Shown here: positions 47,391-55,893 of the stretch, piece by piece
Position numbering within the stretch: the stretch's first letter is position 1
How the letters are laid out: the number at the start of each line of letters is the position of its first letter
NCBI GenBank assembly: GCA_964474895.1
Contig: CAYYUK010000001.1
Location: 92,684-156,683, forward strand
Source of the DNA: Candidatus Woesearchaeota archaeon
GTDB taxonomy: Archaea > Nanobdellota > Nanobdellia > SCGC-AAA011-G17 > PNOQ01
Reading direction: 5' to 3'
Length of the DNA: 64,000 nucleotides
Program-made: the position numbers and the translations under genes
Notes under the pieces: generated by a model
Seen by the model: only the letters and a program-made list of their open reading frames with translations
The model's database searches: none
What the model was told of the DNA's origin: nothing

Positions 47391-47774
47391 TTGAAAAATA
47401 AGAAAGGTCAAACGCTTTCAATTAATACTGTCATTATTACTATTCTTGCTATTTTTGTTTTAGTTCTGATTGTTGTTGCACTTACAGGGGGATTTGGTAA
47501 TTTTGTCGATTGGTGGAACAATGTTTTTACTGGTAGCGGAATAGATAGTCAGAAAGCAGCCTTGCAATGTAATGGGTTCTGTGAGTCTTATCAAACAACA
47601 GGGAGTGTCCAATTTGCTGAGAATTATTGTACCAAAGAGTTCAATATTGATAGTGACGGCGATAATAAAGGAGATATTACTTTGATTTGCCCCGATATAG
47701 TCACTGTTTCGTGTTCAGTCATTGATGACTATGAATCTGATGTAGGCGAGATTGGCTGTGAAGCTTTCTCTTAG
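47391..47774 (+). CDS. Type IV pilin (class III signal peptide)
   Basis: MKNKKGQ then TLSINTVIITILAIFVLVLIVVALTGG. Confidence 0.6.
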   Translation: MKNKKGQTLSINTVIITILAIFVLVLIVVALTGGFGNFVDWWNNVFTGSGIDSQKAALQCNGFCESYQTTGSVQFAENYCTKEFNIDSDGDNKGDITLICPDIVTVSCSVIDDYESDVGEIGCEAFS

Positions 47775-47777
47775 AAA

Positions 47778-47963
47778 ATGCTTGGTAAGAAAGGACAGGG
47801 ATTATCAATAGAAACAATTATCATTTTAGTGATTGCTGTCCTTGTTTTGGTTGCTGTTATTTTAATCTTTAGTGGGCAGGCTGGTGAAATCTTCCAATCT
47901 GTTCAGGATTTTATTTCTGGAATAACTACACCAACTGTTGATGTTTCGGAGGCAGTGCAATGA
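47778..47963 (+). CDS. Short type IV pilin (61 aa)
   Basis: MLGKKGQ then GLSIETIIILVIAVLVLVAVILIFSG. Confidence 0.55.
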   Translation: MLGKKGQGLSIETIIILVIAVLVLVAVILIFSGQAGEIFQSVQDFISGITTPTVDVSEAVQ

Positions 47964-48472
47964 ACAAAAAAGGTGAGTTAGCTTTTATGATTAAGATTGC
48001 TATTGGTTTAACTATAGGTATAGTTTTGATTCTTTTTAGTATGACTTTTTGGAAGGTTATTGTTGGACTTCTTTTCCCAGAGATGTCTGTTTTAACGGAG
48101 AACACAATGGAGGAGCTATCTGAAGCAATAATTAGATTAGAGGGTGGAGATAATACCACCGTTCTTTTTTATATGTCTGGTGATTTTGTTTTAGTTGCAT
48201 TTGATAAGAGTAAATCTTTTGGTTCGGGGAGTTTGGGTTATTATGAGAGACCAGTATCTTGTTTTGACTCTTCCTGTTTGGTTGTTTGCAGAGATTCTGA
48301 TTCTGGAAGCGCATGTAAGAATTCTGATCTTTTATATTTGTTTGAATTTGATAACTTTGATTTAGAAAATCCTGATACTGGAATTATTTCAGTTGTTAAG
48401 GGAAAATATGTTGAATTTTATGTTGAGAAAAAAAGTAATTCTGTTACAATTAGGGAAACTAATGAAAACTAA
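47960..48472 (+). CDS. Type IV pilin-like protein
   Basis: MNKKGE then LAFMIKIAIGLTIGIVLILF. Start overlaps the upstream stop. Confidence 0.55.
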   Translation: MNKKGELAFMIKIAIGLTIGIVLILFSMTFWKVIVGLLFPEMSVLTENTMEELSEAIIRLEGGDNTTVLFYMSGDFVLVAFDKSKSFGSGSLGYYERPVSCFDSSCLVVCRDSDSGSACKNSDLLYLFEFDNFDLENPDTGIISVVKGKYVEFYVEKKSNSVTIRETNEN

Positions 48473-48499
48473 TTTAAATAAGGAAATTAATTTTTTAGT

Positions 48500-48889
48500 A
48501 TGGTTTCTAAAGTAGGAATTTGGATAGGATATACTGTCGTAGCTGTTGCGGCTTTTTTAACTGTCTTTGTTATTATGGATAAAATGACGGATGATACCTC
48601 TTTTGAGCAAAGATTTATTTCTAAAGACTTGATTATACTAGAGGACAGTGCCCTCTCCGCCCCATATAATTTAAATGTCGCATATTCTTTTGATGATTCT
48701 TATGAAGTTTTTTTCGGGGAGAAATGTTCTTTGACGATTAACAAAAGAGAAACTCCTCTGTATTCAGGTAGCATTAACTATTGTGCTGCAGATATTAATT
48801 TTGAAGTCATATATTCAGATATATTAGATTCCGGGTTAGTAATTTTTGATAAAAAAGAGAATGTTTTTGAGGTGAAAGTTAGTGAATAA
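48500..48889 (+). CDS. Pilin-like protein
   Basis: MVSKVG then IWIGYTVVAVAAFLTVFVIM. Confidence 0.4.
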   Translation: MVSKVGIWIGYTVVAVAAFLTVFVIMDKMTDDTSFEQRFISKDLIILEDSALSAPYNLNVAYSFDDSYEVFFGEKCSLTINKRETPLYSGSINYCAADINFEVIYSDILDSGLVIFDKKENVFEVKVSE

Positions 48890-49382
48890 AAAGGGTGACT
48901 ATACTATTGGCAAAGAATCTCTAAAGATGATAGTCTATCTTATGCTGATTACAGTTGTTAGTTTTATTATAATCTCCATTTTTGGGGTTTCGATTGTAAA
49001 AGACATTAGAACTAGTGAACTAGAACAGCATGTCGCAGTTACAAGAATGTTATCTTCTAGCAATTGTTTAGCATATTCTGGAGAAGAAAGAGTGTTTTCT
49101 GGAATTATAGATTTGAATAAATTTAGCGAAGAACGTGTACAGAACTGTTTTAGTTACAAAGAGAGAGAGGGACAAGGACTACTGCTTAGTCTGTATGATT
49201 TTAATGATAATCTGTTAGGAGAAGTTGAAACCAATAAGATACTCGTTGCGCAAGTTCCAACTTGTGGTTTGGATAAATCTGATTATGATTGTTATTTTAC
49301 TAGGAAGTATATTCTTTATGACGATGGTGGAGAAATGAAAAAGGGTTTTTTGGATTTTACGGTGGTGACCAAACTTGAATAA
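48882..49382 (+). CDS. Type IV pilin-like protein
   Basis: MNKKGDYTIGKESLK then MIVYLMLITVVSFIIISIFG. Confidence 0.5.
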   Translation: MNKKGDYTIGKESLKMIVYLMLITVVSFIIISIFGVSIVKDIRTSELEQHVAVTRMLSSSNCLAYSGEERVFSGIIDLNKFSEERVQNCFSYKEREGQGLLLSLYDFNDNLLGEVETNKILVAQVPTCGLDKSDYDCYFTRKYILYDDGGEMKKGFLDFTVVTKLE

Positions 49383-49860
49383 GAATGGAATAATAGTTCT
49401 AGCTGATATCAACTTTATTATTCTTACCGTTTTACTTTTAGTTGCTTATATAATCTTGCTGGTTCAGTTTGATATTGCAAATTTTGGTGATAAGAATCAA
49501 ATAATTGAGTTAGATGATGGTTTGAAATCTTCCGAAAATGAGTATCTTGTTTTAAATTACCTAAATACAGAAGTTAATGAGTTTACGTTTGCAGATATGA
49601 TTTATTCTTGGAAAAATGGTGGTTCTGTTGTGTGGTCAGAGATTGAGTCTGAAACCGAAATCTTATTTTCAAAAGTTTATGGGAACTGTTATGAGTTTGA
49701 AATAGACGGGAATAATATAAATGCTGTAATTTTTAATAGTGACTCTGCTAGTTGTATTGATTTTTCTGTTGATTTGAATGAAGTTGTTGAAATTTGTATT
49801 GATATTAGCGAATATGATAATAAATTTGAAAATTACAAAGAGGAGGAATGCTTTGTATGA
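49375..49860 (+). CDS. Type IV pilin-like protein
   Basis: MNKNG then IIVLADINFIILTVLLLVAYIILLV. Confidence 0.5.
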   Translation: MNKNGIIVLADINFIILTVLLLVAYIILLVQFDIANFGDKNQIIELDDGLKSSENEYLVLNYLNTEVNEFTFADMIYSWKNGGSVVWSEIESETEILFSKVYGNCYEFEIDGNNINAVIFNSDSASCIDFSVDLNEVVEICIDISEYDNKFENYKEEECFV

Positions 49861-50576
49861 ATAGAAAAGGTGTTTTAAGTGCATATGTATTTGTTTTTAC
49901 ATTTATGGCCATAGGTCTTGCTCTGTTTTTGATAACACAGATAGGGGATGATGTTGTTAATGCTTTAGGCAGATCACAGTCTGAATTATTGGATACTTAT
50001 GTTGGTGCTGAAGTTGATTTGTTTAACGATGGGAGATTGATAGAATATGTTTGGAAGGATTCTCTGATTGGGTTGGGAAAAACTGGTGGGGTTGATACTA
50101 GTTCTATTGGGGAATATAGCTATTGGAAAAGAGGGGGTGAAAGTTGTTTTCCCGATTTAGAAGAATTAGAGAGTAAGTTGGCTGAAATTATTGTTTTGAA
50201 AACTGAAGGAGATTATGTTTTGGATGTGGATAGTTCTAATGTTGTAATTACATATGATAAAGAGTATGTGGGTGGTGCCGATAATACCAGTTTTACTTAT
50301 TATTTTAATCCAGTTGTTGAAATTGGGTTTGATTATGATTTGAATGAGTTTTTGGATGCTATACAAACTGTTGAAATCATTGTTTCTGAATGCGGAGATG
50401 ATATTGCCTGTTGGGATACTAAGGATGTATCATATTCAGTGGATGATAATAATGTTTTTAAGGTAGATGTTGTTTCTGGAATCGTTAAAGATATTCTTGG
50501 GGAAGAAGTGGTGATTGTTAAGGGGGCTATAGATTTTGACTATAATCCTCTTCAAGATGGTGAATTCGAATGTTGA
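49848..50576 (+). CDS. Pilin-like protein
   Basis: MNRKG then VLSAYVFVFTFMAIGLALFLI. Acidic extracellular domain. Confidence 0.45.
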   Translation: MLCMNRKGVLSAYVFVFTFMAIGLALFLITQIGDDVVNALGRSQSELLDTYVGAEVDLFNDGRLIEYVWKDSLIGLGKTGGVDTSSIGEYSYWKRGGESCFPDLEELESKLAEIIVLKTEGDYVLDVDSSNVVITYDKEYVGGADNTSFTYYFNPVVEIGFDYDLNEFLDAIQTVEIIVSECGDDIACWDTKDVSYSVDDNNVFKVDVVSGIVKDILGEEVVIVKGAIDFDYNPLQDGEFEC

Positions 50577-51553
50577 AATTTAGTTATGATGAAATCCTTA
50601 GGAAGATAATGGAGAACACTGAGCTTTCTAAAGAGAAGATTGAAGAAAAAATAAATGATAAGATAAAACAACTTTCTGATTTGGTTAGTAAGGAAGGTGC
50701 TGCACATATAATTGCTAATCAACTTGGTGTTAAATTATTTGAAAATCTTGGTGAAAGAGTTATTAAAATTAAGGAAATTCCGAAAGGTTCAACTTCTGTA
50801 AATGTTTTGGCCAAAGTTGTAAATATTTATGGCATTAATAAATTTACTAGAAATGATAAGGAGAGCAGAGTTGCAAATCTAATGATTGCTGACGAAACTG
50901 GTCCTGTTCGTTTGGTTATGTGGGAAGATCATCTGATTGATATGCTTGATAGGGATGAAATTGCAGAAGGAGATATACTCAGAGTTAAAAATAGTTATTC
51001 TAGGGAAAATAGAGGATATACAGAATTGCATCTTGGTGCCAGATCTGAAATTGAAGTTAATCCAGAGGGCGAGAAAATTGGTGAAGTTAATATGAGTATT
51101 AAATCTGAACCAATGACTGTTAGTAGGAAAGATGTTGCAGATTTGCAAGATGGTGAAAGTGCAGAAGTTTTTGGTACTGTTGTTCAAGTTTTTGATCCTA
51201 GATTTTATAATGCTTGTCCTGAATGTAATAGAAAACCAGAGATGGATGATAATGAGTTTAAATGTTCTGAACACGGTGTTGTAAGTGTTAGGAGGGTTCC
51301 TATTTTGAATTTCTTTTTTGATGATGGTACTGGAAATGTTCGTACTGTTTGTTTTTCTGAACAAGCTAATCAGTTAGCTGGGAAAGAATTAACTGAGGAA
51401 GTGGATTTTGAAGCAGTTAAGGATGACTTGTTGGGTAAGCAGTTAATTTTAATAGGGAGGGCTGTCAAGAATAAAATGTTTGGTCGTACTGAATTTATAG
51501 TTCGATCTGTTAAGGAGGCAAACCCTGTTGAATTAGTGCAAAATGATGTTTAA
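50570..51553 (+). CDS. rpa: Replication protein A (ssDNA-binding OB folds plus zinc ribbon)
   Basis: N-terminal RPA-type segment (EGAAHIIANQLGVKL). Two OB folds. CPECNRK...CSEHG zinc ribbon. Confidence 0.8.
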   Translation: MLKFSYDEILRKIMENTELSKEKIEEKINDKIKQLSDLVSKEGAAHIIANQLGVKLFENLGERVIKIKEIPKGSTSVNVLAKVVNIYGINKFTRNDKESRVANLMIADETGPVRLVMWEDHLIDMLDRDEIAEGDILRVKNSYSRENRGYTELHLGARSEIEVNPEGEKIGEVNMSIKSEPMTVSRKDVADLQDGESAEVFGTVVQVFDPRFYNACPECNRKPEMDDNEFKCSEHGVVSVRRVPILNFFFDDGTGNVRTVCFSEQANQLAGKELTEEVDFEAVKDDLLGKQLILIGRAVKNKMFGRTEFIVRSVKEANPVELVQNDV

Positions 51554-52001
51554 AACCCATTTATCTTTAGGTGTATTGGCTGGCTTGTTTTTTATGAAAC
51601 AGGTTTCTTTGGATTCGCCTTGGGTGTTCTTAGCTATTGTTGCTTTTAGTTCTATTTTGCCAGATATTGATACTAAGAATAGTTGGATTGGTAGGAAGGT
51701 TAAACCTCTTTCTTGGATTTTAGGTTTGATATTTGGACATAGGAAGATTTTCCATAGTATTTTGTTTGCTTTACTTATTTTTGTTATTCTTTATTTTTTA
51801 ACTGTTAGTTATGTTGCCGCTGCTTTTTTGATTGGATATGTGGTTCATATTTTGGTTGATGGGTTGACTTTGAAAGGTGTTAAACCATTCTTTCCTTTGT
51901 CAAGATTTAAGATTAAAGGTTTTTTGAGAAGCGGGGATTTGACAGATAATTTATTGTTCTTTTTAATAATTGCTGGGATAATTTGGTTGAGTATTGGTTG
52001 A
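51543..52001 (+). CDS. Membrane-bound metal-dependent hydrolase, YdjM/DUF457 family
   Basis: LPDIDTKNS, HRKIFHS, HILVDGLT: His/Asp-rich TM protein typical of YdjM. Confidence 0.5.
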   Translation: MMFKTHLSLGVLAGLFFMKQVSLDSPWVFLAIVAFSSILPDIDTKNSWIGRKVKPLSWILGLIFGHRKIFHSILFALLIFVILYFLTVSYVAAAFLIGYVVHILVDGLTLKGVKPFFPLSRFKIKGFLRSGDLTDNLLFFLIIAGIIWLSIG

Positions 52002-52102
52002 CATCTTGACATAGACCACGATATTCTTTATAAATAAAGTATAATTATCCCTTTTATCTCCTTATTGAAATAAGATCCGATAAGGAATAGGAGGTAATGT
52101 AA

Positions 52103-52345
52103 ATGACACAACCATTAAAGAAATTTAAATCTGGTTCTATAGAAGCCGCAGTTTGGTCCAATGAAAGGGATGTAAAAGATAGTAACACAAAAGTTGAATT
52201 TAAGACTGTTAGCTTGAGGAAATCATGGAAAGATGACAAAGATGTTTGGAGAGATGCAACTATTAATTTGAGACGATCTGATTTGATAAAGGCTATCTTG
52301 GTTTTGGAAAAAGCCCAAGAAGAGTTATTTTTAGGAGATGGATAA
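52103..52345 (+). CDS. Small PC4/Sub1(YdbC)-like putative ssDNA-binding protein
   Basis: Strong [54 protein letters not shown] resembles the PC4 C-terminal ssDNA-binding fold (KGISL...W.QL pattern). Flanked by rpa and radA. Confidence 0.35.
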   Translation: MTQPLKKFKSGSIEAAVWSNERDVKDSNTKVEFKTVSLRKSWKDDKDVWRDATINLRRSDLIKAILVLEKAQEELFLGDG

Positions 52346-53297
52346 TATGGCTGAAAAATTTAAATTAACTGATTTACCAGGTGTTGGAGAAGCTACTGCT
52401 ATGAAGTTAGAAGAGGGTGGTTATGGAACTCTTTTAGCATTGGCTGTTGCTAGTCCTAGTGAAATTGCAGATAGTGCAGGACTTACAGAGTCTGTTGCAA
52501 GGAAGATAATCCAATTTTCTAGAAGCGAATTAGATATGGGTTTTGAATCTGGTATGGATCTATTGAAGAAAAGAGAGAGGGTGATAAAGATTACAACAGG
52601 TTCTACTGCGTTTGATGATTTAATTGGTGGTGGTGTGGAAAGTAATGCTATAACTGAAACTTATGGACAGTACGGTTCTGGAAAAACTGCATTGGCACAT
52701 CAGTTAGCTATAACTGCACAGTTACCAAGGGAACAGAAAGGTGCAGATGGCATTGTTGTTTGGATAGATACTGAAGGAACATTTAGACCTGAAAGAATTA
52801 AACAACTTGCAGAGATTGGCGGATTGAATGTTGAAGAAGTTTTGGGCAATTTGAGAGTTGTTAGGGCTTTTAATTCAGACCATCAAATGTTATTGGCTGA
52901 AAAAGTTGAGGATTTGATAACTAAGGAAGATTTGAATGTTAAATTGGTTATTGTTGATTCTTTGATGAGCCATTTTAGGAGTGAATTTATAGGCAGAGGA
53001 ACTTTGGCAGGACGTCAACAGAAATTGAATAAACACATGCATACTTTGTTGAAGTTGGCGCATACTTACAACTTAGCTATTTATGTAACTAATCAAGTTA
53101 TGTCTAAACCAGATACTTTCTTTGGAGATCCTACTGAAGCTATTGGGGGGCATATTGTAGCCCATGCATCTACTACTAGATTGTATTTGAGAAGGGGTAA
53201 GAAGGGTTCCAGGGTTGCTAAATTAGTTGATAGCCCATGTTTGCCGGATGGTGAATGTATGTTCTTTATTACCGATAAAGGTATCAGAGACGAATAG
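52338..53297 (+). CDS. radA: RadA recombinase
   Basis: N-terminal HhH ([20 protein letters not shown]). Walker A GQYGSGKT. Walker B VIVDS. Full RecA/Rad51 core. Confidence 0.92.
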   Translation: MDNMAEKFKLTDLPGVGEATAMKLEEGGYGTLLALAVASPSEIADSAGLTESVARKIIQFSRSELDMGFESGMDLLKKRERVIKITTGSTAFDDLIGGGVESNAITETYGQYGSGKTALAHQLAITAQLPREQKGADGIVVWIDTEGTFRPERIKQLAEIGGLNVEEVLGNLRVVRAFNSDHQMLLAEKVEDLITKEDLNVKLVIVDSLMSHFRSEFIGRGTLAGRQQKLNKHMHTLLKLAHTYNLAIYVTNQVMSKPDTFFGDPTEAIGGHIVAHASTTRLYLRRGKKGSRVAKLVDSPCLPDGECMFFITDKGIRDE

Positions 53298-53467
53298 TTT
53301 TTAAACTTCTTTTTTCTTTTTTATTTATGGGTTTTCAAAAATGGATTAAACAGAAGAAGAAAAGGAAGAAAAGAAAGTCTACTATAGCCAGAAAGAAAGG
53401 CGAGAAAGATATTAGTTATAAATCTAAGAGAGATAAAGAAGGTAATAGAATTAATATTAAGAATTGA

Positions 53468-53941
53468 TTATTTTTTATAATTTCCAAGCCCTGGAATTAT
53501 AGTCCTTATTCCTCCTGTTGGATCTTTTATATCTCCTTCATATCTTGGTATAATCTGGATGTGTAGGTGGTGAATTGTTCTACCTGCTGTTGACCCTTCG
53601 TTGTTTCCTATGTTATATCCTTTTGGTTTTTTCTTTATTCCCATGTGCAGTAACATTTTTTCGCAAAATGGGGGCGATTTTTTTGTAGGTTTTTCTATGA
53701 TCATTTTTCTATATAGTTTTTGAAAGTTCGTGTTTTCTATAACTTCTATTGTTTTTGAAATTGCTGGCTTTAAGGACGCCCATTGTTCTTGATTTAAATC
53801 TAATAAAGATATTATATGTTTTTTTGGAATAATCAGAGAATGACCTGGGGACACGGGATGTACATCAAAAATAGCGTAGAAGTTTTCATTTTCGAAGATC
53901 CAATTTTTCTTTATTTTACAAAATAAGCAATCTTTTTTCAT
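53468..53941 (-). CDS. HIT-superfamily nucleotide hydrolase/transferase (GalT/Ap4A-phosphorylase-like branch)
   Basis: CLFCKI zinc motif at the N-terminus. Histidine triad variant HHLHIQIIP. Confidence 0.6.
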   Translation of the reverse strand: MKKDCLFCKIKKNWIFENENFYAIFDVHPVSPGHSLIIPKKHIISLLDLNQEQWASLKPAISKTIEVIENTNFQKLYRKMIIEKPTKKSPPFCEKMLLHMGIKKKPKGYNIGNNEGSTAGRTIHHLHIQIIPRYEGDIKDPTGGIRTIIPGLGNYKK

Positions 53942-53970
53942 TTTTCGTCCCTTGGCCTATATTTATTATT

Positions 53971-54044
53971 ATGCTCCCGCCGGGATTCGAACCCGGGTCT
54001 TAGCCTCCGCAAGGCTATATTCTATCCAAACTAAACTATGGGAG
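53971..54044 (-). tRNA. tRNA-Arg (anticodon GCG)
   Basis: Hand fold: acceptor GCTCCCA/CGGGAGC (one A-C mismatch at 7:66), anticodon arm TAGCC-TTGCGGA-GGCTA, T-arm CCGGG-TTCGAAT-CCCGG, discriminator A. Confidence 0.7.
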
Positions 54045-54081
54045 CAAAGTTTTATAAATGGGCTAATTTTCCAAATGTAAT

Positions 54082-54258
54082 ATGGTTAAAAAAGATTCCG
54101 TTTGCACATCCTGTAAAAGTAGGTTAATAGGGGCTTCAGGTTCTGTTAGTTTTTTATGTCCTTCTTGTGGAACTGAAGAAATAATAAGATGCACTTCGTG
54201 TAGAAAGAAGAGTGTTAAATATGTTTGTCCAAAGTGTTCTTTTGAGGGACCTAATTAA
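54082..54258 (+). CDS. Zn-ribbon protein (COG2888-like, typically co-transcribed with aEF-1beta), 58 aa, below the track cutoff
   Basis: Hand translation gives MVKKDSVCTSCKSRLIGASGSVSFLCPSCGTEEIIRCTSCRKKSVKYVCPKCSFEGPN. Four CxxC pairs. Stop is 2 nt before the EF1B ATG. Confidence 0.6.
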   Translation: MVKKDSVCTSCKSRLIGASGSVSFLCPSCGTEEIIRCTSCRKKSVKYVCPKCSFEGPN

Positions 54259-54260
54259 AA

Positions 54261-54539
54261 ATGGGAAATGCAGTTGTAACTATGAAGATAATGCCTGATA
54301 ATCCTGAAGTGGATTTAATCAAAGTGGAAGAAGAAGCTAAGAAGATTATATCTGGTTTTGTTGGTGAAGGCGAAATGAAAGTTTCTCAAGAACCAGTTGC
54401 TTTTGGTCTGAAAGCTTTAGATATTATTTTTGTTATGGATGAAAATTCTGGTAGCCCAGATCCTATTGCTGAAAAAGTTTCTGAATTGGATGGTGTTAAT
54501 TCTGCAGAGATTTCAGATGTTAGAAGAGCAATTGGTTAG
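54261..54539 (+). CDS. ef1b: Translation elongation factor aEF-1 beta
   Basis: 92 aa. VTMKIMPDNPEVDL...EPVAFGLKAL pattern of archaeal EF1B. Confidence 0.85.
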   Translation: MGNAVVTMKIMPDNPEVDLIKVEEEAKKIISGFVGEGEMKVSQEPVAFGLKALDIIFVMDENSGSPDPIAEKVSELDGVNSAEISDVRRAIG

Positions 54540-55408
54540 ATAAATAATAAGAAAATATTTCCATAAATTAAACTTATAATTGTTGCTATTAAAAATACAG
54601 GTATGAAAACTATACCTTCTTTTACTACTACTTCTTTTTTATGTTTCTTTATTATTTCAATTTGTTTATTAGTTACTCCTGTGCTTTTTGGTGAGTAAAT
54701 TGTTTTTCCATCTATTATTATCTTTTTTGTAATCCAATCTCCTTCCCTAAGGTTACTTGTTTGCATTTTTTTATACATAGATGTTTTTTCTATTGCCTTT
54801 GTTATTGTTAGTAAATAGTTTGTAATTAATGGAATTGCAAATATTGTTGAAAAGATTATGCGTAGCTCTAGTTCTTTCACTGCAATAAAACTTATTAGTA
54901 TTCCAACTAATAGGAGAATTAGTAAAACTTTGTTTAATTGTTTCTTTTTTTGCTTTATTTTTTTGAATTCCTTTGAGAAAGAATTTCTGTGTTTTATTAT
55001 GAGAAAAACTGTCCAAAACAATCCATAGACTGAACCAACTATTATCAAATTTATTAGAATTGTAACTGGAAGATTTATTGTTAATTCTGAATTGAAAAAG
55101 TTTCTTAGTAATGATGGATAAACTGGTAGGATTGCCCCAATTCCAATTAATAGTTTTGCATCCCCCCCGCCCCATTGTTTTGTGTAATACATTATGTTTC
55201 CAATAATCAGGAAAATTCCAACATAAAGTAGGCTGTGAAGTATTGGCCAATAACTTTGTTCTAAAATTGATTTTGTTGCGAATATTGCCAAACCAATCGC
55301 AATTAAGCTGAAGTTTAACCAGTCTGGAACTTCTTTTGTTTTTATGTCTGAGATTGTTGCTGCTGTTAACCAAATTAGCACAACCCCAATAAGAATCCAG
55401 TCTATCAT
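54536..55408 (-). CDS. Type IV prepilin peptidase (PibD/FlaK-like A24 aspartyl protease) with an extra C-terminal membrane domain
   Basis: Two catalytic Asp motifs: ISDIKTKEVPDW and WGGGDAKLLIGIG. Polytopic membrane protein. The 54771..55373 track ORF is an overlapping spurious frame. Confidence 0.7.
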   Translation of the reverse strand: MIDWILIGVVLIWLTAATISDIKTKEVPDWLNFSLIAIGLAIFATKSILEQSYWPILHSLLYVGIFLIIGNIMYYTKQWGGGDAKLLIGIGAILPVYPSLLRNFFNSELTINLPVTILINLIIVGSVYGLFWTVFLIIKHRNSFSKEFKKIKQKKKQLNKVLLILLLVGILISFIAVKELELRIIFSTIFAIPLITNYLLTITKAIEKTSMYKKMQTSNLREGDWITKKIIIDGKTIYSPKSTGVTNKQIEIIKKHKKEVVVKEGIVFIPVFLIATIISLIYGNIFLLFI

Positions 55409-55447
55409 GATAAGATTTAAATACCTGATTTTATAAACTTTGTTAGG

Positions 55448-55855
55448 ATGTTAAACAAGAAAGAAATTTTGGTTATTGCAAGGGCAGCTTATGATTCTTT
55501 TTCTAGACTACATAAAATTGATGTTAGAATTAGATTAATTAGTTCTAAGGCTTTTTGGAAGCTTGCCAAGAAAAGTAGTTTGGTTAGGGATAAGATAAAG
55601 AAAAATATTCCTATTGCCATTGGTGCTCTTGTTGTGCATTCTTCTATTGATACAGTTTATGTTAGCAAGGATGTCATAAATTCGATAACTGATGATCCAA
55701 AATTTATTAAAGCAATCTTTTTGCATGAATTTTATCATATTTATTTTAAATCTCAAATGAAAGATAATAAATTTAAAAGTTCATTAGAATCTGAAGATAG
55801 GGCAAAGAGCGCTATGAAAAAGGATTTTCCAATATTATCTAAATATCTTGTTTGA
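55448..55855 (+). CDS. Small HExxH protein, possible SprT/WLM-like zinc metallopeptidase
   Basis: KAIFLHEFYHIYF is an HExxH motif in a 135-aa protein. The N-terminal region loosely resembles SprT-like domains. Confidence 0.35.
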   Translation: MLNKKEILVIARAAYDSFSRLHKIDVRIRLISSKAFWKLAKKSSLVRDKIKKNIPIAIGALVVHSSIDTVYVSKDVINSITDDPKFIKAIFLHEFYHIYFKSQMKDNKFKSSLESEDRAKSAMKKDFPILSKYLV

Positions 55856-55893
55856 CAGAAAACCTTTTAAATTTAGTTCCGGTTATTTTTCCC

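Noticed and set aside
53327-53470. 47-aa highly basic ORF (MGFQKWIKQKKKRKKRK...) between radA and the HIT gene
   Set aside because: It could be a small basic protein, but it overlaps the HIT gene stop, has no recognisable ribosomal-protein signature and its composition is low-complexity. Evidence is insufficient.
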